A stretch of DNA of 64,000 bases from an uncultured Verrucomicrobiae bacterium (GCA_963764165.1 CAVXRD010000002.1:736001-800000), one strand, 5' to 3'; counted from the first letter of the stretch, positions 47,101 through 57,371 are shown. Numbers and translations are program-made. Notes: generated by a model from the sequence alone, not told the origin.

Positions 47101-48845
47101 GTCGTCGTCGCCGCATCAGGATTAGCGAGGGGCGGCCCAATCACAGCCACGGTCACTGTAGCCGAGGCAGTGAGGCCGGACGCATTTGCAACCGAGTAGG
47201 TAAAGGTGGTAACGCCAAAGTAGCCGCCGTAGGGGGTGAACACGATGATGTTTCCGACCATCGAGACCGTGCCGCCTGCCGGCTGGGAGGCAGTCGTCAG
47301 CGATACCGTCTGCGCTGGCTTGTTCGGATCGCTCACATTCGTCATTACATTGATGCTCACGGGAACCCCTTCAAAAGTGGTGGCAGTCACTGGACCCGCG
47401 ACCGGCGGCTGCGATACCGGCGTTACGACAACGGTTACGGTGCTCGTCGCCGTCAACCCTGCCGAGTTGGCGATTGTATAGGGGAACGTGGCGATCCCAG
47501 TGAATCCCAAGTTCGGTGTAAAGACTAAAACCGGAACCGGATTGCCAAGCCCCCCGAGAAGCTCACTCGTAGACACGATGATGCCATTGGGTGTCGTGCC
47601 ATTGCCGGTGGATGCAATCGGAAGCGCAGGCGAATTCTGGTCGTAATCGCCGGAAAGAACATTGATGGTGACAGGGGTGTTTACAGGAGTGGACACGACG
47701 ACCGGATTGGCCGCCGGCGGAAGAATGCCTGAACCACCGCCCGCTGCAGTCGAATTCACGTATGCGGCCGCGCCTGGCTTCAGCTTTGCAATCAATGCAA
47801 CCAGCGTAAGATCATCGTCTTCGAAACCCGTGGTAATGGTGAGATTGTTGAGTCCAGGCGTAAGAAACGGGACAATGTTGTAGTTATTTATATCCCACAA
47901 GCTGCCGGTGAAGAAAGAATAGCGGAAACCGCTGCTTTCGTCATACGGGGACGCTCCCCAAAAAATTTGGCCGATGAGCTGTCCCGTGCTAAGGCTGACC
48001 ACTGGGTTGGACGGCGCGAGAACCTGGCCGTTCAGATAAACGGCTGTTTCCAAATACTGGAGCTGGCCGTCGCCGACGTGGAATTCCAAGTCAATGCCGT
48101 CGCCGGTGGAATAGCTGACACCGGGGATCGTCACAGACCAGCCGAGCGGGTCGTAGGCATTCGCGCTATTTTCATCGCAACCGTTCTCGATCACAATGTC
48201 ATTCTTGTTGGTATTAGCCGGATCGTTGTAAATGACAACCAAAGACGCGCCCTCCAGGCCTGCGCCGGTCCCAAACCCACCATCACCCGACCCAAATGGA
48301 TCCGCGTAAGAAATAACATAATCGCCCCCGCCATTGACGAGGTCGGTCACGTCGGCGCGGTATGCCTGGCTGAAAATGAAGTTAAATGGCGCGGAGCCCC
48401 AGCTGTCGACGCCCGAAATACCGATGCAGTCGCCCGTAACTTGGTAATTAGTGATGGTCGCGCCCAGCGGCAGGGCGGAAATGTAGTGGAAGGACGAATC
48501 GGGGTCATTGACGAATGTGTAGCTATATAGGTTGGTGTCGCCCGTTTCGCTCGACATCCAGATGGTGCCGTTGGTGTTGCCGCCAGTTTCTTCATAACCG
48601 AGATCAACGCCGCCGCCAAAGCCGAACCAATACAGATAGGCATGCTGCACCGAACCCGCCGGGACATTGGTCAAGTGTAGCGTGCCGTAGCCCACTTCAC
48701 GCAATCCGCCTACCCCGCACGAAGAGTAGTTGACGTTGGTGAAAGTTTGGAAATAAGTCAGAACCGTTGCATCGGCACGGAAGCTGCTAAATAATGCAGT
48801 CGTCAGGAGCAGGAGGCTCGACAGAAGAACTCTGATATTACGCAT
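44121..48845 (-). CDS. Large secreted adhesin-like protein with tandem Ig-like (Big_9/cadherin-like) repeats and duplicated Cys-rich domains
   Basis: Signal peptide; ~6 units PP.A.P....T....PV.I.VL.ND.D.NSP.LPI...F.P..GF.G...F.Y.I.N.AGL...TVTV.V; two FNSCNP...NAH...DCAGTPENCK domains. Confidence 0.85.
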   Translation of the reverse strand: MRNIRVLLSSLLLLTTALFSSFRADATVLTYFQTFTNVNYSSCGVGGLREVGYGTLHLTNVPAGSVQHAYLYWFGFGGGVDLGYEETGGNTNGTIWMSSETGDTNLYSYTFVNDPDSSFHYISALPLGATITNYQVTGDCIGISGVDSWGSAPFNFIFSQAYRADVTDLVNGGGDYVISYADPFGSGDGGFGTGAGLEGASLVVIYNDPANTNKNDIVIENGCDENSANAYDPLGWSVTIPGVSYSTGDGIDLEFHVGDGQLQYLETAVYLNGQVLAPSNPVVSLSTGQLIGQIFWGASPYDESSGFRYSFFTGSLWDINNYNIVPFLTPGLNNLTITTGFEDDDLTLVALIAKLKPGAAAYVNSTAAGGGSGILPPAANPVVVSTPVNTPVTINVLSGDYDQNSPALPIASTGNGTTPNGIIVSTSELLGGLGNPVPVLVFTPNLGFTGIATFPYTIANSAGLTATSTVTVVVTPVSQPPVAGPVTATTFEGVPVSINVMTNVSDPNKPAQTVSLTTASQPAGGTVSMVGNIIVFTPYGGYFGVTTFTYSVANASGLTASATVTVAVIGPPLANPDAATTTENTPVVINSLANDTDQNSPMLPILISGFNQPTGQGVVSYSGTNLLFKPATGFTGTVSFQYTITNSAGLSSTSIVTVVVTPPPLPPVAVADSASTQGGVPVSISVLANDYDQNSPALPIAISSYTQPAVASEGTVTLSGTNLVFSPNSSFAGAATFNYTITNTLGLASTTTVTVLVTSLPTVVLNLTAPPTVVCDGTISYVYAVTNTDSVSVNLTVVDPLLGGTIFSKTNVAAGVGFVFTNTYATSLSSGFVTNTASAIVVQANGLSATNTQTAITAITTAGVTSQIYGSFNSCNPNNGCVWFNAHIAATPGQNCAIYYQNASITLNCSNGKSYTYPVPNGKIIFNQTNTTGNCLYDGTNWNTFAPSYGDSQIFLSGCAIPWQSAFANCQSVSWTGTFCSDTPGVSCSWQWGSSCYNTNLTNYNGFGVKACYQTACGYGGSYGNGWGNYGNWGGWGNYQGYYSSADCAGTPENCKPNCQAGGCGYGGNNYCGNWTGSGYCSFSACPVAPVATPNSASTAENSAVTISVLGNDYDPNRPALPIAISSFAQPTNGTVTQSGGNLVFTPKSGFVGTSVFAYSITNSAGLSASSTVTVTVTPLPPVANPVTVTTQEGAPPVTINVLSHDSDGNSPALKIGIATFSQPSGGTGSVVRSGTNLVFTATGGFSGTVIFQYSITNTAGLSASSTVTVVVQPPPAVSLTLSGPTCAPIGSVITYTFAVTNVGQSAENLTVVDALLGGTIFTKTNVASGQGYTFAYNYTVGSNVCQLTNVASAIGSVASGASATNTASVVTAVTTKGTTNTICGNFNSCNPYGGYLWCNAHLSANPGKSCTVYCQNATITITGASGKVYNYPVPNCQVEYTNCSSGSAYYTGSGWSTTIPSAGDSQAFLCGTGIPWNSDFANCKSVCWTGTFSCSTTNVNCAWQWGAACYNQNLSNCGSVSVKACQQNYCGYNNNDCAGTPENCKSGCQGGGCGYGGNNYCGSFSSSSSFTCK

Positions 48846-48962
48846 AAACTTTAGAGACTAGCTGACACTTCAATTTCCAAGGGACAAAATCCCTCGGAAA
48901 TCACCATTCACACCGCTAAAAAAGCTCGCAATTGGACCACTGGTGACAATTGCAAACCCGAC

Positions 48963-48990
48963 ACTGTAGCCAAATCCCGATCTCCGTCAA
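48963..48990 (-). promoter_or_regulatory. Putative sigma70 promoter for the Ig-repeat gene
   Basis: Minus strand TTGACG-N16-TACAGT. Confidence 0.4.
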
Positions 48991-49130
48991 CACCAAACCG
49001 TTATAATCGGGTTCACAGTGATCAGAACGAGCCGATTTTAGCACCTTCCATGCCACGGGAGAAGTGTCTCACATTCGAGAGTGGCATTACACTAGCTGTC
49101 TGGGATTGAGACAATTCTATTTAGAATTGC

Positions 49131-49160
49131 TTGACCCGAAACTGAAAGGGCGGGTATGAT
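49131..49160 (+). promoter_or_regulatory. Putative sigma70 promoter for the autotransporter-repeat gene
   Basis: TTGACC-N18-TATGAT. Confidence 0.5.
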
Positions 49161-49253
49161 TTGCGTTCATATTGGATTTTATTTCCAGATAACGATAGTG
49201 GCCAACGAGAAGGTACGAGCGAAAACCGCTCGGCCTTAGCCACTTCCCCGTCC

Positions 49254-52200
49254 ATGCGATTTTCCAGACAACCGTTGCTCAAGATTGCCGTTAGCCTTCT
49301 CGGTCTCGCATGGGGACTTGGCAGCGCCAGCGCCCAATCCACGTGGAATTTGAATGCCAACGGCGATTGGGCTACTGCCACAAACTGGTCGCCGAGCACC
49401 GTTCCCAACTCCAGTGGCGCCACTGCGATTCTCGGGTCGGTGATCACTGCGCCAACGACGCTTTGGATCGGCGGAAACACGACGGTTGGCACGCTAAGTT
49501 TCTCCAGTTCAGCAAATTACACGGTTGCCAGCTCTGGTTCGATTTATTTTCTTTTCCAAACCTCGCTTCCCCTGGGAACTGTCGCCTTGGACAATAGCGG
49601 CTCGGGATCGCCAAACCTCACCCCGTCGATCTATCTGAACAGCCCATTGGTCGTGACCCAGGCTGGAACGGGAATACTGACGATCACGGGCAATATCCAA
49701 GCCTCATCGGGCTCGATTACCAAATACGGTTCCGGCACGTTGCTTCTCGCCGGAGACAACGCCTATGCCGGGGGAACTTTCATCGATCAGGGCACGATTG
49801 CCGTCGCCGCGGAAACCGCCTTGGGAAATGGAACCAACATCACAATTAATGGCGGCACGCTCCAGATAAACGGAAATATCACCACGCTGGGGGCGAACAT
49901 TTATTCAACCAATCAGCCCGCTACCCGGTATTATACCATCGGGTCCGGCGGCGCGAATTTCAATATCCAGAGCAACTACACCTTGACCTTCCAGAACAAT
50001 CCGGCTGGCGGCACAGGCGGTGGCAGCGTCTTGATCGGATCCGGCACGCTGACCAATACCGGAACTGGCACCCTGGTGCTCGGTGGCGGGAGCACGGGAT
50101 CCTTTGCCGGATCAATTGAGATTGATAACGGCAAAGTGCAGATTGCGGCGGAAACGAACCTCGGCGCAACCGCAGGCAGCCTGACTTTGAACGGCGGCAC
50201 GCTGGAATCGACCTCCAGCTATACGTCGAGCAGCAAGGTTTACACCGTTGGCACGAACGGCGGCACTTTGCAGATCGATACTGGCGCAACCGTGACTTTT
50301 GGTTCGACCTCGAACCTTACCGGGACCGGCAATTTGACGGAATCCGGTGGTGGCACTTTAATCCTGAGCGGCAACAATACGGGCTACACCGGGACGAATA
50401 TCATCACCGGAACCGTGCAAATCAGCGCTGAAAACAACCTCGGCACCACCTCCGACAGTTTGATTATATCGAACGGGGGCACTTTGGTGGTGGCCGGAAC
50501 CTTCACCGACAACGCCAAAAAGGTCATGTATATCGGATCAGGAGGTGGAACGATCGATGTCTTGGCTGGCAACACCAACACCCTCGGCAGCACCGGCCAA
50601 ATCAGCGGCAGCAATGTGTTTACGGTCACTGGCGGCGGCCAGCTGGCCATCTCGGGCAACAACAATGCCACCTGGGGCGGCACGACAATCGTTAGCAACG
50701 GCACGCTTGCTTTTAATGGCGCAGGCACTGCGACGGCTTTAACCAATGTGACCGTAACGGCCCGCGGCACCCTTTTGATCGACAACAGCACCACAGCCAA
50801 TTCCACCCGCCTTAGCACCACTGCGGGCGTCACATTGAATGGCGGCGCCATCGTTTTCAATGGCGATGCGACGACGGCTGTCAGCCAGCAAGTCGGCGCC
50901 CTCACCCTTGCCGGGGGCGATTCAACGATCTACGTGAACAGTAGAGCCACCACTGTAAATACGGCACTTAACTTCAGCAGTTTGGTTGATTCAAGTCCTT
51001 TCTCCACCATCAGTTTTGAAAATACCAACATCGGCAATTTGGGCAACGGCACCCCTAACCCTACCATCGGTTTTACAAATGCTCCGACGACAACAAATGG
51101 AATCATTGCCGGCTGGGCGACTGCCCGCGCCACCAACGGAGGCCAGCTTGTGTTCGCCACCATGAACGGCGGCTCCGTTTCAACCCTCTCCACCTATAGC
51201 ACCGGAACGAACACAGGTTGGAATGCAAACGCCAATGTTCAACTCACCAACAACCAAACCTTGGCAGCCGGCAACTCGGTCTACACATTGACCATGACGA
51301 ATGGGCGGCAGCTTAACCTCGGCACCCACACCCTCACCAACACCAGCGGTGGCCTGATCGCCCAAACCGGTGATACCGCCATTTCCAACGGCGTCATGAC
51401 AGCCGGCGCGTCGGGAGTCGGTGGCACGCTCTACGTCCACGTGGATACTGGCGGCTTTTTGACCAACTACTCCGTCCTCACCAACAATGGCACTGGGGTC
51501 GTGAATCTTGTCAAGGCCAACGGCGGCACGCTGCTATTGGGCGGCGCGAATGCCTACACAGGCGCCACCTACGTCAACGGCGGCACGCTGGAACTGATCT
51601 CGGCCAATGCTGTTCCGACCGGGTCTGACATGACTGTCGCGACGGGTGCGACGTTTAACCTCAACGGTTTCAATCAAACTCTCGGTTCGCTGGCGGGAGC
51701 GGGCACTGTCACCAACTCCTCCGGCACGCTGACGGTGGGCGGCGATAATGCATCGACGACTTTCTCCGGTTCCATCAATGGCAACGGCGCGCTCACGAAA
51801 GCCGGCTCTGGCACTATGATCCTTTCCGGCTCCAACTCGTTTGGCGGCAATTTGACAATCAGCGGCGGCACCTTGAGCGTTTCGCAGGATGCGAATCTCG
51901 GCGCAACCACAAATCTGACGGTTCTCTCAGGTGGCACACTTGGGGTCACGGAATCATTTACAGCAAATTCCAATCGAGTTCTGGATGTGGCCTCCGCTGG
52001 CGGCTATATCAACGTCAGCGCCAACCAGACTCTGACCTTCACCACCTCCAACGCGTGGACAGGCACCGGTAATTTGACCAACAGCGGGGCGGGCACGGTG
52101 GTATTCGCCGGATCCTCCAACTTCACAGGCAACTTGGCCATCAACGGCGGCGGCACGGTTGAGGTCCAAGGCAGCTCCAACGTTGTCTTCAACACGCTGA

Positions 52201-53375
52201 ACAGCAATTTCATAAGTCACCTGACAGGCACCAGCGGCACCCTGATGTATTATGTTACCGGGGATAATTACACCTACACCGTCACAAATTCTCCGGCGGC
52301 GGGCTCCCCGGTTCTGATCGGATTCAACGCCAGCGCCTCCTCCACGAACGCGAATTATACTTTCGGCTCCGCGAGCCCGGCAAATTCCTTGAGCAACTGG
52401 GGCGGAATGGTAATCCATGGCGGCACCGTGTCCATGGCTGGCAACGAAACTTTGGTTGGCAACGGCGTGGCTCCCACAACGTTGGAAATCGACGGCGGCA
52501 CGCTGATCCTCGCCGGCGGCAACCCATCCGGTGGAAAGGTGCTGACGATCAGCGGCAATGCCTATCTTAACGGCGGCGAAATCGAAGGCGGCCCTGGTGG
52601 CGGTTCTCAGGGAACAATTGTTACCTCTGGCAGCATCTATTCGGACGGAACAGTGCTGGTCAACACGCCCAACATCACCATGACACCGGCGAACGGAGTT
52701 ACAAACGTCGTCGCGGGAACAACGCCTTTGGAAGGCATTTCCACCTTCACCGTTGGCACGGGCGCCAGCAACGGCACGGTGCAGCTCAACCAGCGCATCA
52801 CGGTTAGCACCGGCATCCAAATCAACTCGGGAACCCTTTTGCTCGGCGCGAGCTACGTCATCAACGACAGCGCGCCGGTGACGATGTTGAATAACACGAC
52901 GCTCGCCACGGGCGGGTACCAGCAGACGCTCGGCGCCCTGACGCTCGGCACCGGCGTCACCAGCGCCACAGCGACGCTCAGTTTGGGATACGGCACCAAC
53001 AGCTATCTGGCCTTCGCCAACAGCGCCAGCCAAACCTGGAACGGCACGCTGGTCATTTCAAACTATTATAATTCGTGGGACCAAGTTTATTTCGGCACAA
53101 GCAGCAACGGTTTGACAGCCAGCCAATTGGCGTCTATTGAATGGATCAACCCCTACGGCAACGGCGTCAACTTCACCGGCGCAATCATCGAGGGCAACGG
53201 CCTTATCCAACCGGTTCAACCCGTTCCGGAAGCGAAGACGGTGGCGGCATTATTTTTGCTAAGTGCCTTCGCACTGTGGCATGAGAGGAAACGTCTCGCT
53301 GCGCTCCTGGCGGGTCCTGGATGGACTGCCAAACCAGCGCTCGCCCGGGTGCGCGGTTATTTGCTGCGGCATTGA
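49254..53375 (+). CDS. Autotransporter-associated beta-strand repeat surface protein with PEP-CTERM-like sorting signal
   Basis: Signal peptide ...SASAQ; repeated K.G.GTL.L.G.N.Y.G.T.I..GTL; C-terminal VPEAKT + TM + HERKR. Confidence 0.9.
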   Translation: MRFSRQPLLKIAVSLLGLAWGLGSASAQSTWNLNANGDWATATNWSPSTVPNSSGATAILGSVITAPTTLWIGGNTTVGTLSFSSSANYTVASSGSIYFLFQTSLPLGTVALDNSGSGSPNLTPSIYLNSPLVVTQAGTGILTITGNIQASSGSITKYGSGTLLLAGDNAYAGGTFIDQGTIAVAAETALGNGTNITINGGTLQINGNITTLGANIYSTNQPATRYYTIGSGGANFNIQSNYTLTFQNNPAGGTGGGSVLIGSGTLTNTGTGTLVLGGGSTGSFAGSIEIDNGKVQIAAETNLGATAGSLTLNGGTLESTSSYTSSSKVYTVGTNGGTLQIDTGATVTFGSTSNLTGTGNLTESGGGTLILSGNNTGYTGTNIITGTVQISAENNLGTTSDSLIISNGGTLVVAGTFTDNAKKVMYIGSGGGTIDVLAGNTNTLGSTGQISGSNVFTVTGGGQLAISGNNNATWGGTTIVSNGTLAFNGAGTATALTNVTVTARGTLLIDNSTTANSTRLSTTAGVTLNGGAIVFNGDATTAVSQQVGALTLAGGDSTIYVNSRATTVNTALNFSSLVDSSPFSTISFENTNIGNLGNGTPNPTIGFTNAPTTTNGIIAGWATARATNGGQLVFATMNGGSVSTLSTYSTGTNTGWNANANVQLTNNQTLAAGNSVYTLTMTNGRQLNLGTHTLTNTSGGLIAQTGDTAISNGVMTAGASGVGGTLYVHVDTGGFLTNYSVLTNNGTGVVNLVKANGGTLLLGGANAYTGATYVNGGTLELISANAVPTGSDMTVATGATFNLNGFNQTLGSLAGAGTVTNSSGTLTVGGDNASTTFSGSINGNGALTKAGSGTMILSGSNSFGGNLTISGGTLSVSQDANLGATTNLTVLSGGTLGVTESFTANSNRVLDVASAGGYINVSANQTLTFTTSNAWTGTGNLTNSGAGTVVFAGSSNFTGNLAINGGGTVEVQGSSNVVFNTLNSNFISHLTGTSGTLMYYVTGDNYTYTVTNSPAAGSPVLIGFNASASSTNANYTFGSASPANSLSNWGGMVIHGGTVSMAGNETLVGNGVAPTTLEIDGGTLILAGGNPSGGKVLTISGNAYLNGGEIEGGPGGGSQGTIVTSGSIYSDGTVLVNTPNITMTPANGVTNVVAGTTPLEGISTFTVGTGASNGTVQLNQRITVSTGIQINSGTLLLGASYVINDSAPVTMLNNTTLATGGYQQTLGALTLGTGVTSATATLSLGYGTNSYLAFANSASQTWNGTLVISNYYNSWDQVYFGTSSNGLTASQLASIEWINPYGNGVNFTGAIIEGNGLIQPVQPVPEAKTVAALFLLSAFALWHERKRLAALLAGPGWTAKPALARVRGYLLRH

Positions 53376-53449
53376 TCGCGTTCTGGCCGGTACTTTGCCT
53401 TTCGTTGAGAGCAGATTTCTCATACAAAGCTTGCGGTTGACCCGCAACG

Positions 53450-54850
53450 ATGATTTCGCAACACGATAAGGCCATCTACGCTTTCTCAGTCAGCTTGCAG
53501 CTCTTGATGAGCCAGGCCGTTTTCTGGGGGTACTTCGCCGTCTACAACTCCTATTATTCCAACGTCCTTCCGGAAATCGATACCTACGCCATTTACTCCG
53601 TCGTCGCCCTGGCCGGGTTGGTGATCGAAGCCAGCGCCCGGCGCAGCCGGGATTGGGAGTGGACGGACAAAGCCTTCTTCGCGCGCCACCGCTCGGCGCT
53701 CCACCAAACGGTGTTTGCGGCCAGCGCCATTATTTTGTTTCTCATTGCCACGAAGGACCGGTTCATGTCGCGCTTCTTTTTATTCAGCTACATGCCGCTC
53801 CTTTATGCGATGCTGCTCGCCACCACCCGCACGCCGCCGGCTTGGCTGATCCGTTTCTTGATCCAGCGCCAGGGCCCTCAATTCAGCCTGCTGGTCGGCC
53901 CGATGAAGAAAGCCAGTTCTCTTTATCAATGGCTCTCGAGCCGCGGGCACATCGGATACGAGATCGCAGGCGTCGTCAGCAATGAAATCGGCGGCCTCCC
54001 AGGCGATCCGCCATTTCTCGGCGTGCTCTCAGATTTGCAAAATGTGATTCGGGGAAAAAAAATCAGCCTCGTGATCCTTGCGGAACCGCCGGCTGATTCT
54101 TCGATTTTGTCGCAGATTATTTCCGATTGCGAGAATTGCGGAGTGCGTCTGCTGGTGGTGAGCGATTTACAGGAGCGGTTTCGGCACAAAATCACCTACA
54201 CCGAAAGCGGCGGGCTTCACATTATTGGCCTTCGCGAAGAACCGCTGGAAAATCCCATCAATCGAATTCTCAAGCGGCTGATGGATATCTCCATTTCGCT
54301 GCCTGTGGTCTTGTTCATTCTGCCGGTGGCCGCTGTGATTGTCTGGATCCTGCACCGGATGCAATCGCCCGGGCCGTTGTTTTACGCGCAGGAGCGCGCC
54401 GGCTTTCAAAACAATATTTTTTGGATCATCAAATTCCGAACCATGCACACCGACAATCCCGACGCGGCCCGGCAAGCCTCGAAAAACGATGTCCGTGTTT
54501 TCAAGGCGGGAAAATGGCTTCGGAAATTCAGCGTCGATGAACTCCCGCAGTTTATCAACGTGTTGAAAGGCCAAATGAGCGTCGTCGGCCCGCGCCCCCA
54601 TCTCCGTGAGCACAACGAACTCTTCTCGCGAGTCTTTCAGAGCTACCACATCCGCAGCCTCGTCAAGCCGGGCATCACGGGACTGGCGCAGGTTCGGGGA
54701 TTTCGCGGCGAAGCCACCAGCGACCAAGCCCTTCTCGAACGGGCAAAATCGGATATTTATTACCTCGAGAATTGGTCGTTCACGGCGGACATATTGATTG
54801 TTTTCCGGACGTTTCTGCAGGTTTTCTTCCCGCCGAAATCCGCGTATTGA
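53450..54850 (+). CDS. Second WcaJ-like polyprenyl glycosylphosphotransferase
   Basis: KRLMDI, IKFRTM, DELPQFINVLKGQMSVVGPRPH, KPGITGLAQVRG, D.YYLENWS. Confidence 0.95.
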   Translation: MISQHDKAIYAFSVSLQLLMSQAVFWGYFAVYNSYYSNVLPEIDTYAIYSVVALAGLVIEASARRSRDWEWTDKAFFARHRSALHQTVFAASAIILFLIATKDRFMSRFFLFSYMPLLYAMLLATTRTPPAWLIRFLIQRQGPQFSLLVGPMKKASSLYQWLSSRGHIGYEIAGVVSNEIGGLPGDPPFLGVLSDLQNVIRGKKISLVILAEPPADSSILSQIISDCENCGVRLLVVSDLQERFRHKITYTESGGLHIIGLREEPLENPINRILKRLMDISISLPVVLFILPVAAVIVWILHRMQSPGPLFYAQERAGFQNNIFWIIKFRTMHTDNPDAARQASKNDVRVFKAGKWLRKFSVDELPQFINVLKGQMSVVGPRPHLREHNELFSRVFQSYHIRSLVKPGITGLAQVRGFRGEATSDQALLERAKSDIYYLENWSFTADILIVFRTFLQVFFPPKSAY

Positions 54851-54858
54851 TGAGGGTC

Positions 54859-54939
54859 GGCAGGGCGAGACTCTATCGAGCCCCGAATTGGATTTTGGGA
54901 AATGAATTTAATCAGGGCTCGACGGAGTCCCGCCCTGCC
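54859..54939. repeat. REP doublet (inverted palindromic pair) between convergent genes
   Basis: GGCAGGGCGAGACTCTATCGAGCCC ... GGGCTCGACGGAGTCCCGCCCTGCC, 25-bp arms with 3 mismatches. Confidence 0.8.
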
Positions 54940-54955
54940 AAAAAGGGTGAAGAAC

Positions 54956-55831
54956 TCACGGCCTCGCGGCGGGCAAGCTTTCTCCGTAACGGATCAACAG
55001 CCAGAAAATCTTCATCGCCTTGAGATAGCGAGGGGCAAATTTTCCAGGCGCATTGGCCACGCGCAGAAACCAGCCAAGATAATATTTATCGGCCCATCCA
55101 GGAATCGATGCCTGGCATCCGCTCAAAAACGCAATGGCCGCGCCGGTGCAAATAATGGCCGGGCGATACGACAGTTCGCGCTTCAAAAATAATCCGAGTT
55201 TCTCCTGAATGCCGCCGCCAAGATTCACCACGATGACATCGGGGCGCGCCGCTTCGATTTGGGCCAGCAATTCCTCATCCCGCAACGCGCCATCGGCGGA
55301 CCTGGTTGCGCCGTAGTTGGGAGCAACGTAGCAGTCCTTTTCAGAGGCCCCGGCCACGTTGCGCGAATGAAGCCAGCGCAGATTGGCCGCTTGCTCCCTT
55401 TCGTTCGGCATGATCCAGAACGAACGGACTTCCGGCCGCGCCGAGAGCGCAACGACCAGCGCCTTGATGAATTCCAACCCGGAAAGGCGAGCGAGTCTTT
55501 TCGCCGGAGAGAAAGGATGGGCCAGATTCCAAATCAAGACCATGGCCCCACTGTCAGGAAGAACAAAATCAGCATTCAGCAGCGATTCGCGATATTGAAA
55601 ATCACGGAGAAAATCGCCAGCCAGCGGCGGGGCCGCAGGGACCAGCACCAAACCGCCTTCAAGGGACAATGCAACGGCTTCCGTTGCGTTGTTTTCCAAA
55701 AAGGGAATTCCCAAAATCTGCAGAGTGCGTTTCTTCGGAGAAGGCTGCCAATCGGATCCATTGCGGCCGCTGGAAAGCGATTCGCCGTTCCCAGGCGGGA
55801 CAGTGTCGATGGAGGTGTCAGCGAGACTCAT
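54956..55831 (-). CDS. WecB/TagA/CpsF family glycosyltransferase
   Basis: ILGIPF, ADFVLPDSG, RLSGLE, V.LGGGIQE, C.GAA..F..G, W..R....P..F..RY. Confidence 0.88.
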   Translation of the reverse strand: MSLADTSIDTVPPGNGESLSSGRNGSDWQPSPKKRTLQILGIPFLENNATEAVALSLEGGLVLVPAAPPLAGDFLRDFQYRESLLNADFVLPDSGAMVLIWNLAHPFSPAKRLARLSGLEFIKALVVALSARPEVRSFWIMPNEREQAANLRWLHSRNVAGASEKDCYVAPNYGATRSADGALRDEELLAQIEAARPDVIVVNLGGGIQEKLGLFLKRELSYRPAIICTGAAIAFLSGCQASIPGWADKYYLGWFLRVANAPGKFAPRYLKAMKIFWLLIRYGESLPAARP

Positions 55832-55929
55832 TTCGATGTTGAACAGGGTCTTAAACCCACACCGAGAGAGTAGTCTGCCAAGAAGAAGTTGTCGAATAAA
55901 AAGCCCGGATAAATTGTGGCATTTCCGAG

Positions 55930-56811
55930 CTATTTTCCCTCGGGCGGCATGAGATTTCGCTGCTTCCTTAATTCGTATTCTTTCGCAACACTGAGAAACT
56001 CGTAGAACCCGTGCAGCCTGGCAAAATAGTATCCTTCGCGCCCATCCAAAAAGCCGCGCTGCCAGAAATAAACGTAGCAGAATCGCAAAAATGGCCGGCA
56101 CGGAACGCGCATCTGAATTTTTTTCCGCCACACGCGCCAGCCTCCAGCTTGCGATTGCGCCGCCGAGAAATGCTGCGGATCTTCGATCGCGACACGCGCC
56201 TCCCAATTGGAATAGCGATTGTGCCGCTCGACAAAAGTGTCAATGGTTGGAAATGCGTAATGCGCCATTTCCGTTTTCAGATTTCCGATTTGGCCATCCA
56301 CAATCATCGGCTCATGCGCTTCGCAATCGCCAGCGAAACTGGGCAGGCTTGTCATTTGCTGGAAGAGTCCCTTGCCGCGTTTGATCATGCGAATAACCCA
56401 ATTCGGGTAGTAAGCGTGCGCGAGCCACTTCCCAATAAACATGAAACGGCGGTTGATATGGTAGGCGGCAAAAGGACAATCGGGCGCCGTCACAATTTTA
56501 AGAATTTCATCCGCCGCATCCGGCGCGAGCACTTCATCCGCGTCCAGCAAAAAAACCCAGTCGTTCCTGAACGGAAGATTTTGCAGCGACCAGTTTCCCT
56601 TCTTTGGCCACACGCCGTTGAAATGGAATTGGACAACCTTGGCCCCATGTTTGGCCGCGACTTCCTGTGTCCCGTCCGTGCTCTGCGAGTCCACCACAAA
56701 AACTTCATCCGCCCAGCGAATGGACTCCAGGCAGCGCGGCAGATTCGCGGCTTCATTCTTGATGCGAAGGACAAACGAGATGGGAACTTTTTTGGCGGCT
56801 GTTTCCGTCAT
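55930..56811 (-). CDS. Glycosyltransferase family 2
   Basis: KNEAANLPRCL, VVDSQSTDGT, WVFLLDADE, ERHNRYS.WEA, GFLDG.EG. Confidence 0.92.
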   Translation of the reverse strand: MTETAAKKVPISFVLRIKNEAANLPRCLESIRWADEVFVVDSQSTDGTQEVAAKHGAKVVQFHFNGVWPKKGNWSLQNLPFRNDWVFLLDADEVLAPDAADEILKIVTAPDCPFAAYHINRRFMFIGKWLAHAYYPNWVIRMIKRGKGLFQQMTSLPSFAGDCEAHEPMIVDGQIGNLKTEMAHYAFPTIDTFVERHNRYSNWEARVAIEDPQHFSAAQSQAGGWRVWRKKIQMRVPCRPFLRFCYVYFWQRGFLDGREGYYFARLHGFYEFLSVAKEYELRKQRNLMPPEGK

Positions 56812-56816
56812 GCAAT

Positions 56817-57371
56817 TTATTTCATTGGGCTCTTGCCTATTTCGCGGGCTGGATTTCCCGCGACCACCACACCGTCCGGCACATGGCGCGTGACCACCGA
56901 ACACGCGCCAACAATGGATTTTTTCCCAACCACAATGCCTGGCATGATGAAAGCGCGAGCGCCGACAAATGCGTTCTCGCCGATTGTAATTTTGCGCACT
57001 TGAAGCGGCTGGTCGGCCAGCGTGAAATCGTGCGTGCCTGAACAAAGATAAGCTTCCTGCGCGACGGTGGCGTGCTCGTGGATTTCGATTTCCCCGAGCG
57101 AATAGGCATTGGCGCGATCGCCAAGGCAGGCGCGGTCGTGCATCGTCAAATTCCACGGAATCTGAATAAGCGCGCGCTGATGAACGAAGGGACGCCCATG
57201 AATTTTCGCGCCAAAGATCCTCAGCCAAAAAAGCCGCCATCCGTTGCAGGGCTTCGGAGTCCAGGCGCAGAGCAGCTTCCAGCAAAATTCCCACAGCAGC
57301 ATCATCGCTTTTTGCTTCCGGCTCCACGGCGAGCTATAGCGCGGAACTTCGAAAGTGGTTACGGGCTGCAT
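56817..57371 (-). CDS. WcaF-like hexapeptide-repeat acetyltransferase
   Basis: LRIFGAKI, PWNL, CSGTHD, GACSVV, AGNPA. Confidence 0.88.
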   Translation of the reverse strand: MQPVTTFEVPRYSSPWSRKQKAMMLLWEFCWKLLCAWTPKPCNGWRLFWLRIFGAKIHGRPFVHQRALIQIPWNLTMHDRACLGDRANAYSLGEIEIHEHATVAQEAYLCSGTHDFTLADQPLQVRKITIGENAFVGARAFIMPGIVVGKKSIVGACSVVTRHVPDGVVVAGNPAREIGKSPMK

